Shown piece after piece: positions 20,623-30,558 of a stretch of DNA of 64,000 nucleotides. Where the stretch lies: NCBI GenBank assembly GCA_965223845.1, contig CBDCXR010000004.1:7104001-7168000 (forward strand), in the 5' to 3' direction. A model generated the notes under the pieces. That model made no database searches. It had not been told where the DNA came from and saw only the letters and a list, made by a program, of their open reading frames with translations. Source of the DNA: Planctomycetota bacterium (lineage in GTDB: Bacteria > Planctomycetota > UBA8108 > SXIK01). Position 1 is the first letter of the stretch; each line of letters begins with the position of its first letter. Made by a program: the position numbers and the translations under genes.

Positions 20623-22886
20623 GTTCGCCAGCGACCGACACGGCGGGAAGCGAAACGTCGAGCTCCGCCTCAAAGGCGACGGGTGCGCCGACCGTCGCCG
20701 TGCTCGGGAACCCGAACGCCGGGAAGAGCTCGATCTTCAATCGCCTCACCGGACTGTCGCAGAAGGTCGGAAACTACCCCGGGGTCACGGTCGAGAAGAA
20801 GGAAGGATGGCTCCACGTCGGCGAGCGCCGGATTCTCGTCGTCGATCTTCCCGGCACGTATAGTCTCGCCGCGCGTTCGCCCGACGAGCTCGTTGCGGTC
20901 GACGTCCTCCTCGGCAACCAGCCGGGCGAAACTCGCCCCGACCTCGTGCTCCACGTCGCCGACGCGAGCAACCTCGAGCGGAACCTCTACCTCTTTACGC
21001 AGCTTCGCGAGCTCGGGGTTCCCGTCGTTCTCGTCCTCAATATGATCGACGTCGCGCGACGGCGAGGACTCGAGATCGACCCCGCCGAGCTCTCCGAGCG
21101 GCTCGGAGTTCCCGTCGTGTCGACGCAGGGGCAGAAGGGGATCGGAATCGCCGAGCTCACCGCCGCCATCGTCAGCGCACTCGATGGGGCAGAGGAAAAC
21201 GTCGCCACGGGCGCGGAGCTCATTTCGCCGGAGCTCGCCAGCGGGGTCGATCGCCTCCGCCGCGAATGGAGCGAGGGAGGCGAGGCGTTCGGCGAGCGGC
21301 TCCACGACTTCGAGATCCTTCGCGCGCTCGTCGATCGTGGCGGCGCGGCCGAACGGCGCGTCGCCGAAGCGGGCGGCTCGGCGAACCTCGAGCGACTCGA
21401 GGCCGCGCGCGCCGCGCTCGAGGGCGAGCGTTCGCTCGCGCTCGTCGAGTCGACGGCGCGCTACGCTTGGATCGAGCGTCAGCTCGATGGCTGCGTTCGC
21501 TCCGAGAAGCGGACCCGCCCCGGACTTTCCGAGCGGATCGATCGTTGGCTCACCCACCGCGTGTTCGGACTCGCGATCTTCGCGGCGATCATGATCGTTC
21601 TCTTCCAGTCGATCTTCACGTGGGCGTCGCCCGCGATGGACGCGGTCGAGACCGCTTTCGGCTGGCTCGGCGCCCACGTGAGTGCTTGGCTTCCCGAGGG
21701 AGCCTTCCGCAGTCTGGTCGTCGACGGCTGCATCGCCGGCGTCGGCGGAGTCGTCGTGTTCCTCCCGCAGATCCTCATCCTCTTTCTCTTTGTCGGGATC
21801 CTCGAAGACTGCGGCTACATGGCGCGCGCGGCCTTTGTGATGGATCGCGTGATGGCGAAGTGCGGACTCTCGGGGAAATCGTTCATTCCGATGTTGAGCG
21901 GTTTCGCCTGCGCGATCCCCGGGATCATGGCGACGCGGGTCATCGAGGATCGACGCGATCGTCTCGCCACGATCCTCGTGACGCCGCTCATGACGTGCTC
22001 CGCTCGGCTGCCCGTCTACGCGATTCTCATCGGCACCTTTGTGCCCGACACGCCGCTCCTCGGTGGCGTTCTCGGCCTCCAGGCATTCACGCTCTTCGCG
22101 CTCTACGTCCTCGGGATCATCGCGGCGATCATCGTCGCGTGGCTCTTCAAGGCGACCTTTCTTCGCGGCGAGCGTTCGACGTTCCTCCTCGAGCTCCCGT
22201 CGTACAAGCTGCCGTCGCCGCGGTTCGTCGCCTTTCGGCTCTACGACCGCGCTCGCGCATTCCTCGTACGCGCGGGGACGATCATCCTTGCGATGACGAT
22301 CGTCGTCTGGGCGCTCTCCTACTTTCCGCGATCGAGCGAAGTCGTCGCGTCGTTCGGGGATCAGCGCACCGCGCTCGAAGCGCGCGCGGAAGCTGCTCCG
22401 GATGCCGCGACCCGCGCTGCGGTCGACGAAGACCTCGCCGCTCTCGACCGCGAGGAAGCGGGCGATCTCCTCCGCAAGAGCGCGCTCGGTACGCTCGGTC
22501 GCGCGGTCGAGCCCGTTTTCGCACCCCTCGGCTGGGACTGGCGCATCTCGATGGCGGCGCTCGCATCGTTCCCGGCGCGCGAGGTCGTCGTCGCGACTCT
22601 CGGGACGATCTACAACCTCGGCGCCGAGGAAGACGAGACGTCCGAGGGCCTGCGCGCGCGTCTCCGCGCGGCGCGCCACGACGATACGGGAGAGAAGGTC
22701 TACACGCTGCCCGTCGCATTCTCGATCATGGTTTTTTTCGCGCTCTGCTGTCAGTGTGGCGCGACGATCGCGACGATCAAACGCGAGACGAACTCGTGGC
22801 GGTGGGCATGGTTCACCTTCGCCTATATGACGGCGCTCGCGTACGTCGCGGCGCTCGCCGTATTCCAAATCGGGAGCGCATGGTGA
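20619..22886 (+). CDS. feoB: Ferrous iron transporter B
   Basis: GNPNAGKS, VGNYPGVTVE, DLPGTYSL, NMID; membrane motifs EDCGYMAR, CSARLP. Confidence 0.97.
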   Translation: MSSPATDTAGSETSSSASKATGAPTVAVLGNPNAGKSSIFNRLTGLSQKVGNYPGVTVEKKEGWLHVGERRILVVDLPGTYSLAARSPDELVAVDVLLGNQPGETRPDLVLHVADASNLERNLYLFTQLRELGVPVVLVLNMIDVARRRGLEIDPAELSERLGVPVVSTQGQKGIGIAELTAAIVSALDGAEENVATGAELISPELASGVDRLRREWSEGGEAFGERLHDFEILRALVDRGGAAERRVAEAGGSANLERLEAARAALEGERSLALVESTARYAWIERQLDGCVRSEKRTRPGLSERIDRWLTHRVFGLAIFAAIMIVLFQSIFTWASPAMDAVETAFGWLGAHVSAWLPEGAFRSLVVDGCIAGVGGVVVFLPQILILFLFVGILEDCGYMARAAFVMDRVMAKCGLSGKSFIPMLSGFACAIPGIMATRVIEDRRDRLATILVTPLMTCSARLPVYAILIGTFVPDTPLLGGVLGLQAFTLFALYVLGIIAAIIVAWLFKATFLRGERSTFLLELPSYKLPSPRFVAFRLYDRARAFLVRAGTIILAMTIVVWALSYFPRSSEVVASFGDQRTALEARAEAAPDAATRAAVDEDLAALDREEAGDLLRKSALGTLGRAVEPVFAPLGWDWRISMAALASFPAREVVVATLGTIYNLGAEEDETSEGLRARLRAARHDDTGEKVYTLPVAFSIMVFFALCCQCGATIATIKRETNSWRWAWFTFAYMTALAYVAALAVFQIGSAW

Positions 22887-22887
22887 G

Positions 22888-23097
22888 ATGTCGAGCGCTG
22901 CACTAGAGCTGGTCTTCGTAGCGGGAATCGTCGCGCTCGCCGCGGTCTACGTCGGCCGGCGCATCTACGCGTTCGTCGAGGCGATGGCGCGCGGCGGCTG
23001 CGGCGGTCATTGCGGCTGCGGACGCGCCGGACGCAACGTCGAGCGGAACCCCGCGCTCGTTCTCTTAGACTCACCTCGCCGAAAGGAGTCCGACTGA
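22888..23097 (+). CDS. FeoB-associated Cys-rich small membrane protein
   Basis: N-terminal transmembrane helix followed by GGCGGHCGC; directly after feoB. Confidence 0.75.
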   Translation: MSSAALELVFVAGIVALAAVYVGRRIYAFVEAMARGGCGGHCGCGRAGRNVERNPALVLLDSPRRKESD

Positions 23098-23990
23098 TGG
23101 CGAACCGGAGATCTCTCGCGTCCCTCTCGAGAACTGCGTTCTTCGCTCTCGGCTGGTTCGCCTCGTCAGCCGTTGCCGACGAGCGACTCGAGGGCATCGC
23201 GTGCCGCTCGGTTCACCTCCAGTACTCCGCGCCGGATGCCGTCGCGTTTTACAACGAGGTCGTCGTCGACACCTCCGCGAAGGGGACGTACTTCTGCGTG
23301 TGCGGGTTCAGCCGAGGCTACTACGGGATTCAGGAGCTCGGAAACGGCAAGAAGCTCCTCATCTTTTCCGTGTGGGACCCCGGAAAGCAGAACGACCCGA
23401 ACGTCGTTCCGGACGAGCAGCGGGTAAAACTCCTCTACAAGGACGATGCTGTACGCGTCGGACGGTTCGGCAACGAGGGGACGGGTGGGCAGTCGTTCTT
23501 CGACTACGACTGGAAGAACGGAGTCGCCTACCAGTTTCTCGTGACCGCGACGCCGGATGGCCATCGGACGGCCTATACCGCCTACTTCTTCGTCCCCGAA
23601 GACAAGGCGTGGAAGCGACTCGTCACCTTCTCGACGATCGCGAAGGAGAAGGAGCTGCGCGGCTACTACTCGTTCGTCGAGGATTTTCGGCGCAATCGCG
23701 TGTCGGCGACGAAAGTGCGGCGGGCGCGCTTCGGGGGTGGATGGGTCCAGCTCGCGAGTGGCGAGTGGCGGGCACTCTCTCGCGCGCGATTCACGGCGGA
23801 TTCGAATCCCGTGCTCAACATCGACGCCGGCATCGATCGCGGCCGCTTCTTCCTCGCGACCGGAGGTGAGACGAAGAACGTCGGTACCCCTCTTCGCGCC
23901 CGATTGGATCTGCCTCCCGTCGATCTTCCCGAGGGTTTCGGGAAAGCGCCGGAGAGTTCCCGCGCCCCCGCGGCCGCCAAGAAGAACTGA
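23097..23990 (+). CDS. Secreted DUF3472-family protein
   Basis: Signal-peptide-like N-terminus; RSVHL, FYNEV, GYYGIQE, LIFSVWD, FGNEGTGGQS, SFVEDF match recalled DUF3472 motifs; ATG overlaps the upstream TGA. Confidence 0.75.
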   Translation: MANRRSLASLSRTAFFALGWFASSAVADERLEGIACRSVHLQYSAPDAVAFYNEVVVDTSAKGTYFCVCGFSRGYYGIQELGNGKKLLIFSVWDPGKQNDPNVVPDEQRVKLLYKDDAVRVGRFGNEGTGGQSFFDYDWKNGVAYQFLVTATPDGHRTAYTAYFFVPEDKAWKRLVTFSTIAKEKELRGYYSFVEDFRRNRVSATKVRRARFGGGWVQLASGEWRALSRARFTADSNPVLNIDAGIDRGRFFLATGGETKNVGTPLRARLDLPPVDLPEGFGKAPESSRAPAAAKKN

Positions 23991-24028
23991 TTCGCCGGCG
24001 GCGCGCTCCCCCCGGGCTTTCGTCTCCG

Positions 24029-24057
24029 TTGCCACGCGCGAGCGAACTTGCTACTCT
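24029..24057 (+). promoter_or_regulatory. Putative sigma70 promoter with extended -10
   Basis: TTGCCA(24029-34)-N17-TACTCT(24052-57) with TG at 24049-50; predicted start of transcription near 24064. Confidence 0.65.
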
Positions 24058-24075
24058 GTGCGCGAAGTGAAGAGT

Positions 24076-24258
24076 GTCTCTGCGGTGTTCCGTGCGGAGG
24101 GGATGTTTCCCTCGGAGCAGCCTGCGGGCACGTCTCGGTCGGTCTCATCGCAGACCGTTCTCGCCGATCGCCGTCGACGGGTGGAAGAGAACCGTCGACG
24201 AATCTTTGGATCGGAGCGGACGGAGGTGAGGCCTCAGATTGAAGAGCACCGCAGATTC
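24076..24258 (+). ncRNA. Candidate structured ncRNA (~180 nt; 6S-like closing stem, atypical interior)
   Basis: 12-bp terminal stem 24079-90/24244-55 and nested helices 24135-40/24237-42, 24141-49/24225-33, 24155-60/24218-23, 24164-69/24209-14, 24172-80/24192-200; G-U pairs favour the + strand; promoter directly upstream. Confidence 0.5.
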
Positions 24259-24413
24259 TGCGGCCCGCGAGCGTCGTCGCGTTAGCGACCGGGCGCGGGG
24301 AAGAGGAGCAGCGGCGCGCCGTGCTCGCCGCGGGAGGCGTCACCCGTTTCGGCTCGACCGAACGCGGGGCCGCGTCGTCCCTGCGGCGGCGGTGTCGCCG
24401 TCCAGCGCGCGCG

Positions 24414-25826
24414 ATGAGCACGTCCACCGTACGGGCGGACCGACCGCCCAGGACCGATCCGCGATCCGGGGGTCGCCGCCGAGGGGGGGCGGCGTCGGCG
24501 CGCCTCCACCGCACGATCTGGTACATGGGCGCCAAAGGGCGGGTCATCCCCGACTTCCTCGATCGCGTGATCGAGCGCGAGGTACCATCGGGCGGTACGG
24601 TCGTCGATCTCATGAGCGGGACGGCGGTTGTCGCCGCGCACTGCGCCGATCGCTACCGCGTGATCGCGAACGACGTCCAGGAGTACTCGCGCGTGATCGC
24701 GGCGAGCCTCATCGAGCACGATCCCGCCACGAAAACCTCGTTCGCCCGCTCGATCGCGCACTGTCCGGATCTCGGCGCGGCCTACGAACGAAACCTGCGC
24801 GGGCTGCGGCGGAGGTTCGCGCGCGCGCTCGAGCGCGAAGAGAGTCTGCTCGAGCGATACAACCACGAAGAAGGGAGCGGCCGGTGGTGCGACGACTACC
24901 GCCAGTTTCTCGAGGCGGCGCTCTCGGGGGCGTCCGATGGAGCCGGTGGCTCGTCGCGCCCGAACGCCGGTCAACCGGCGAGGCTCGTCACCTCCTACTA
25001 CGCGAACGTCTACTACGGAATCGCGCAGGCGATGGCGATCGACTCGCTGCGCGCAGCGATCGACGCTATCGATCCCGCTTCGCCGTTCGCCGAAACGAAG
25101 AAGGTGCACTATCTCTCTGCGCTCGTCCACGCGGCGTCCGTCGCGACGTCCGGGACTTCCCACTTCGCTCAGCCGCGTCATCTGCGAAAGGATTCGGAGC
25201 TCCGCGCGATGGCCGAACGGCGTCAGATCGACGTCTGGGATACCTTCGTCGAGTACTCCGGCGAGATCCTCGCGACGGTGCTCGCGACGAACCATCGGCG
25301 GGGGAATCGCGCGCTCGCAGGCTCCTACTCCGAGAGCGTGCGCAACGGGCGTTTCGAGTTCGGCGCGGAGCCTGATCTCATCTACCTCGATCCGCCGTAC
25401 ACCGCGGACAACTACTCCCGGTTCTACCATGTCCTCGAGGAGCTCGTCCGCTACGACTACCCTCCGCTCGCGCGCGACGCGAACGGCGCGGTGCTGCGCG
25501 GACGCTACCCGGAGCTCGGACGACGGTTTCAGTCCGGATTCTGCAGCGCAACGGAAGTCGAGTCGGAGTTTCGCCGCGTTCTCGAGGCTTCGGCGGCGGC
25601 GAGAGCAAAGCTCGTCATATCGTACGCCGCACCGACGGGTCTTCTCCTCAAGCGCTATCGCCGGGAGTCGCCGAGCGAAGATCCTGTCGCGCGCTTCGAA
25701 ACGCTCTGCCGCGAGTTCTACGCCGACGTCCACACCGAGCGTCGGCCGCTCACGCACTCGGGTCAGGGCGACGCCCATCTCGAGATCGACGAGCTTCTGG
25801 TCGTCTGCCGGCGGCCGCGTGGGTAG
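24414..25826 (+). CDS. DNA adenine methyltransferase (D12/M.FokI-like), orphan
   Basis: YMGAK, motif I VDLMSGTAVV, IANDVQEYS, catalytic YLDPPY, YSRFYHVLE. Confidence 0.87.
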   Translation: MSTSTVRADRPPRTDPRSGGRRRGGAASARLHRTIWYMGAKGRVIPDFLDRVIEREVPSGGTVVDLMSGTAVVAAHCADRYRVIANDVQEYSRVIAASLIEHDPATKTSFARSIAHCPDLGAAYERNLRGLRRRFARALEREESLLERYNHEEGSGRWCDDYRQFLEAALSGASDGAGGSSRPNAGQPARLVTSYYANVYYGIAQAMAIDSLRAAIDAIDPASPFAETKKVHYLSALVHAASVATSGTSHFAQPRHLRKDSELRAMAERRQIDVWDTFVEYSGEILATVLATNHRRGNRALAGSYSESVRNGRFEFGAEPDLIYLDPPYTADNYSRFYHVLEELVRYDYPPLARDANGAVLRGRYPELGRRFQSGFCSATEVESEFRRVLEASAAARAKLVISYAAPTGLLLKRYRRESPSEDPVARFETLCREFYADVHTERRPLTHSGQGDAHLEIDELLVVCRRPRG

Positions 25827-25867
25827 GATGCTGAGCCTTCGCTGGCACTCTTCTCTCCGGGAACAAT

Positions 25868-27025
25868 ATGACCGTCCGTCTCAGTCGCCGCTCCGCCCGT
25901 CTCGAGCCGTCCGAGATCCGCAACATGAGCGTCGAGTGCGAACGGCTCGGCGGAATCAATCTCGCGCAGGGGGTCTGCGACACGCCCGCCCCTGAAGTGG
26001 TGCGCCGCGTCGCTCGTGAAGCGATCGACGCGGGTGTGAACAGCTACACGCGGTTCGACGGCCTGCGTTCGCTGCGAACCGCGATTGCCGGCAAGGTGAA
26101 GCGGGAGATCGGGCTCGACGTCGACGCCGAGACGCAAGTCACCGTCAGCGTGGGTTCGACCGGCGCGATGTACGCCGCGCTCATGGCGCTTCTCGATCGC
26201 GGCGACGAGGTGATTCTTTTCGAGCCGTACTACGGCTACCACTTGAACGCGCTTCACTCGCTCGAGCTCACCCCGCAGTTCGTTCCGACGCGACCGCCGG
26301 ACTGGACCTTCGAGCTGAACGAACTTCGCTCTCGAGTCACGGATCGGACGCGAGCGATCATCGTGAACACGCCGACGAATCCGTCGGGAAAGGTGTTCAC
26401 TCGCGGCGAGCTCGAAGCGATCGCCGACCTCGCGATCGAAAAGGACCTCGTCGTGCTCACGGACGAGATCTACGAGTACTTCGTGTTCGACGGCCGCGAG
26501 CACGTGAGTCCCGCGGCGCTGGCGTCGCTCCGCGACCGAACGGTGCTCGTCTCGGGGTTTTCGAAGACGTTCAGCATCACGGGTTGGCGCCTCGGCTACA
26601 GCGTCGCGCCGCCCGAGATCGCCGCGGCGATCGGTGCGATGACGGACCTCGTCTACGTCTGCGCGCCCGCGCCTCTTCAACAAGCCGTTGCGGTCGCGCT
26701 CGGTGAGCTCGCACCCGAATTCTATCGCGCGCTCTCCTGCGAGTACGAAGCGAAGCGGGCACGGATCTGCGCTGCGCTTTCAGACGCCGGTCTCGCGCCG
26801 TACCCGCCGCAGGGTGCGTACTACGTGCTCGCGGATGTCTCGCAGCTTCCCGGCGCGACGAGCAAGGAGCGTGCGATGCACATCCTCGAAGCCACCGGCG
26901 TCGCGAGCGTGCCGGGGGAGGCGTTCTACTCGGGAGATGGCGGTCGCGATCTGGTTCGCTTCTGCTTCGCGAAGACGGACGACGATCTCGCCGAGGCGTG
27001 CCGTCGGCTGCGCGGCCTGAGCTAG
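25868..27025 (+). CDS. PLP-dependent aminotransferase class I/II
   Basis: INLAQG, NTPTNPSGKV, TDEIYE, SKTFSITGWRLG, VRFCFAK. Confidence 0.93.
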   Translation: MTVRLSRRSARLEPSEIRNMSVECERLGGINLAQGVCDTPAPEVVRRVAREAIDAGVNSYTRFDGLRSLRTAIAGKVKREIGLDVDAETQVTVSVGSTGAMYAALMALLDRGDEVILFEPYYGYHLNALHSLELTPQFVPTRPPDWTFELNELRSRVTDRTRAIIVNTPTNPSGKVFTRGELEAIADLAIEKDLVVLTDEIYEYFVFDGREHVSPAALASLRDRTVLVSGFSKTFSITGWRLGYSVAPPEIAAAIGAMTDLVYVCAPAPLQQAVAVALGELAPEFYRALSCEYEAKRARICAALSDAGLAPYPPQGAYYVLADVSQLPGATSKERAMHILEATGVASVPGEAFYSGDGGRDLVRFCFAKTDDDLAEACRRLRGLS

Positions 27026-27161
27026 CTGAGCCCGGAACTCGGTTCCGTTTCCCGTCTGTCGCCTCGCACGACGCGAGCGAGCGTCGCTACGATTCTCGAT
27101 CGGGCGGCGCAGATCTCACGACCCGAAAGCACCCGCAGTCCTCAGCGATTCGTCTCTTCGC

Positions 27162-28280
27162 TCATTCCCTCAGTCGCGCTGAGTACCCCTGGTCCTTGAG
27201 CGCCGCGACCGCCGTCTCCGCTTCTTCGCGCGCCCGAAACGCGAGGCGGAGCGTCCCGCCTTCGCCTTCGCGAACCTTGAGGACCTCGATGTCGAGGACG
27301 TTGATCCCGCGTTCGGCGAGAGGCGCGCAGATCCCGACGATGACTCCGGGCTGATCTTCGACGACGACGAGAACGTCGAACAGCTTCGTCATGAAGCCCT
27401 TGGTGTCGCGGGGGATCTCCCCCCGCGTCGCCCCGGCTTCCTGGAATGCCGGCGCGAGGGTTTCGTCCGAGAGATCTCCCAGCGTCTCGCGAAAGTGTGC
27501 GCTGAATTCGTCGACCATCTCCGCGATGACGTCACGGTTCGTTCCGATGATGTCGCGCCACATCGAGTAGGGGCTCGAGGCGATGCGCGTCATGTCCCGA
27601 AATCCTCCGGCGGCGAGCTTCTTTCCCGAGTCGCGGTGGGGTCCGAGCTCGTCGAGAAAGCGAACGAGGCTCACGGCGAGAAGTTGGGGGAGATGACTGA
27701 TCGCCGCGGCGACTCGGTCGTGGGCTTCGGCGTCGAGAACGACGACGTGCGCGCCGGTGGTCTCAACGAACGCAGTGAAGGACGCGGTGACGCGGGGTGG
27801 AACTCCGGGCGCCGGCGTGAGCACGTAGTACGCGTTCTGGAAGAGAAACGGCTCGGCCGCCGCGACTCCGCGGAGCTCCGATCCGGCGAGCGGGTGACCG
27901 CCGATGAAGTGGACGTGATCGGGAAGCCGAGCCGCGGCCGCGAGGACGGCGCGCTTCGTGCTCCCGACGTCCGTGATCACGAGGCCCTCGCGCAGCCGGT
28001 CGCCGAGGCTCGCGATGAGTTCGAGCTGCTCGGAGATGCTGCTGATCGGCCCCGCGAGGACGACGAGATCGCTCTCGGCCACCGCTTCCTGCAGGCGCTC
28101 GTGGGGAACGCCTCGGTCGATGACGCGGAGTCGCCCCGCCTCGTCGAGAGTGGACGGGCGACTGACGCCGACGATTTCGCCTTCGTAACCGCCCTTTCGG
28201 AGCGCCAGGGCGAGCGATCCGCCGATCAATCCGACGCCGACGACGGTTGTTCTCTGGGGTGAAAAGACTGCGTTCTCCAT
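27162..28280 (-). CDS. tyrA: Prephenate/arogenate dehydrogenase with C-terminal ACT domain
   Basis: GVGLIGGS, TDVGSTK, GGHPLAGSE, HD...SHLPQ, GFRDMTRIA; ACT-like DQPGVI...GINV. Confidence 0.92.
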   Translation of the reverse strand: MENAVFSPQRTTVVGVGLIGGSLALALRKGGYEGEIVGVSRPSTLDEAGRLRVIDRGVPHERLQEAVAESDLVVLAGPISSISEQLELIASLGDRLREGLVITDVGSTKRAVLAAAARLPDHVHFIGGHPLAGSELRGVAAAEPFLFQNAYYVLTPAPGVPPRVTASFTAFVETTGAHVVVLDAEAHDRVAAAISHLPQLLAVSLVRFLDELGPHRDSGKKLAAGGFRDMTRIASSPYSMWRDIIGTNRDVIAEMVDEFSAHFRETLGDLSDETLAPAFQEAGATRGEIPRDTKGFMTKLFDVLVVVEDQPGVIVGICAPLAERGINVLDIEVLKVREGEGGTLRLAFRAREEAETAVAALKDQGYSARLRE

Positions 28281-28545
28281 CGCGACCTATTCCGCTCATA
28301 GAAAGAGACGCGCATTGTACCGGCTCGTTCGGAGGGATTCACAGCGGGGGGACGGGGCGTTCGGCCGAGCGGACTTCGGCCGCCGTCCGTCCGAAAGTTC
28401 ATCGTCCGGCGGCGGAATCCGGACCGGTCCGGCGCTGAATCCGCGCTAAGATTTCCCGGCTGGTCTGGAGGGCGGGGCACGGCTTTCCGGCGAAGGGAGT
28501 TCGCGAAGTGCGCGAAGCGAGAGCGGGAACGAGGGGGGACGAACC

Positions 28546-30522
28546 GTGAAGAGCGCGACGAACGACTCGCTCGCCCAAGCTGTCCTGGGCGGATCGGGAG
28601 CCGGACACGTCGCCGAGCTGGCGGCGCGGGAGCTCGAGGAGTGTCGCGAGCAGCTCGCGTCGATGCGATCGCCGGACGCCGAGCCGAGCCTCGATGCGAC
28701 CCTGCGGCCGTTCAACGAAGTCGCGATCCGGCTCAGCAACCTGTTTCAGCTCGTCGGTCTCCTTCGCTGTGTCGATCCGCGCGAAAAGGTGCGCGAGGCG
28801 TGCGAGGAGGCCGAGCAAGCTGCCGACAAGTTTCGCAACGAGCTCAATCTCGACCCCGCGCTCTATCGGCTCGTCGAAGCTTGCGACCCGGAATCTCTCG
28901 ACGCGACCGCACGACGTTTCCGCGAGCACGCGCTCCGCGACTTCCGCCGCTGCGGCGTCGATCGCGCTGCGGCGACGAGGGCGCGCGTCCACGAGATCCG
29001 GGAAGAGCTCGTCGCGCTCGGCCAGCGCTTCACTCGCAACATCGCGAGTGATACACGCAGTATCCGGGTCGAGGCCGAGGAGCTCGATGGCCTCCCCGAG
29101 GACTACGTGCGAAATCACCGTCCGGACGGTGACGGTCGCGTCACCATCTCGACCGACTATCCGCACTACAACCCGTTCATGGCGTACGCCGCCAGCGCCG
29201 CGCGTCGGCGCGAGCTCTACACCGTGTTTCGACTTCGCGCCTACCCGCAGAATACGGAGATCCTCGCGAAGCTCCTCGAGCGCCGCTTCGAGCTCGCGCG
29301 ACTTCTCGGCTACGCGTCCTGGGCTGAGTACGCGACCGAGGACAAGATGATCCGGACGCCCGAGGCGATCGCGGAGTTCATCGAACGGGTCTCCGAGGCG
29401 GCGCGACCCGCCGCGGACGAGGAGCTCGCGATCCTCCTCGAGGAGAAGCGTCGCGATGAACCCGACGCGGGCTCCGTCGCCGACTGGGAGAAGACCTACC
29501 TCGAGGAGCGCGTGCGCGCGCGACGCTTTCGCGTCGACAGTAAGCAGGTGCGCGTGTACTTCGAGTACGAACGCGTGAAGGAGGGCATCCTCGGGCTAAC
29601 GGAAGACCTCTTCGGAGTGCGTTTCACACCGGCGCCGAACGCGGTGCGCTGGCACGACGATGTCGAGGTGCTCGACGTCTTCGAGAAGGACCGTCGCGTC
29701 GCGCGCGTGTATCTCGATATGCACCCGCGCGCGGGAAAGTTCAAGCACGCGGCGATGTTTCCGATCGTTGCCGGAGTGCGCGGCGTTCAGATTCCCGAGG
29801 CGGCTCTCGTCTGCAACTTTCCCGATCCGCGCGCCGGTGCGGGCTCCGCGCTTCTCGAGCACGACGATGTCGTCGTCTTCTTCCACGAATTCGGTCACCT
29901 GCTCCACCATCTCTTCGCCCGAGACGGCGACTGGGTCGAGTTCAGCGGAACGGGGACCGAGTGGGATTTCGTCGAGGTACCGTCGCAGATCTACGAGGAG
30001 TGGGCGTGGGATGCGGAGACCCTGCGGCGGTTCGCCGTGCACCACGAAACGGGCGAGCCGATTCCGGACGCACTCGTCGACAATCTTCGCCGCGCGCGTG
30101 ACTTCGGTCGCGGTCTGCACACGCGCCACCAGATGTACTACGCCGCGGTGTCGTACCACTGCTATCGCGGCGATCCCTCGGGGCTCGACGTTGCGGCGCT
30201 TCTCCGCGAACTCCAGACGCGCTACAGTCCGTTTCCGTTCGTCGAGGGGACGCACTTCGAGGCGAGCTTCGGCCACCTCGATGACTACTCGGCCCTCTAC
30301 TACACGTACATGTGGTCGCTCGTCATCGCGAAGGATATCGACGGCGCGCTGCGAAAAAACGGCTCGCTCGACCCCGATGCGGCTCGGCGCTACCGCGAGT
30401 GCGTGCTCGATCCGGGCGGCTCGCGTGACGCGCGCAACCTCGTGCGCGATTTCCTCGGGCGGGAGTACTCCTACGCCGAATTCGAGCGGTGGCTCGCGGG
30501 GCGCGAAAACAAAAGCGCGTGA
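28546..30522 (+). CDS. M3 family metallopeptidase (thimet oligopeptidase-like)
   Basis: YLDMHPRAGK, FFHEFGHLLH (HExxH), WDFVEVPSQ, FGHL, YYTYMWS. Confidence 0.94.
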   Translation: MKSATNDSLAQAVLGGSGAGHVAELAARELEECREQLASMRSPDAEPSLDATLRPFNEVAIRLSNLFQLVGLLRCVDPREKVREACEEAEQAADKFRNELNLDPALYRLVEACDPESLDATARRFREHALRDFRRCGVDRAAATRARVHEIREELVALGQRFTRNIASDTRSIRVEAEELDGLPEDYVRNHRPDGDGRVTISTDYPHYNPFMAYAASAARRRELYTVFRLRAYPQNTEILAKLLERRFELARLLGYASWAEYATEDKMIRTPEAIAEFIERVSEAARPAADEELAILLEEKRRDEPDAGSVADWEKTYLEERVRARRFRVDSKQVRVYFEYERVKEGILGLTEDLFGVRFTPAPNAVRWHDDVEVLDVFEKDRRVARVYLDMHPRAGKFKHAAMFPIVAGVRGVQIPEAALVCNFPDPRAGAGSALLEHDDVVVFFHEFGHLLHHLFARDGDWVEFSGTGTEWDFVEVPSQIYEEWAWDAETLRRFAVHHETGEPIPDALVDNLRRARDFGRGLHTRHQMYYAAVSYHCYRGDPSGLDVAALLRELQTRYSPFPFVEGTHFEASFGHLDDYSALYYTYMWSLVIAKDIDGALRKNGSLDPDAARRYRECVLDPGGSRDARNLVRDFLGREYSYAEFERWLAGRENKSA

Positions 30523-30558
30523 GCGCCGCGATTCCCGCTGGGCTCGAGCCGCGACGCG

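Noticed and set aside
24076-24258. SRP RNA, T-box or a known riboswitch as the identity of the structured RNA
   Set aside because: No SRP helix-8 CAGG...GGAA...AGCAG arrangement, no GGTGGNACC T-box, and no TPP, FMN, SAM, cobalamin or glycine consensus.
24103-24285. Possible 60-aa ORF (MFPSEQ...) overlapping the RNA candidate
   Set aside because: Arg/Ser-rich with no recognisable motif and a poorly spaced ribosome-binding site; the extensive base-pairing explains the region better. Not fully excluded.
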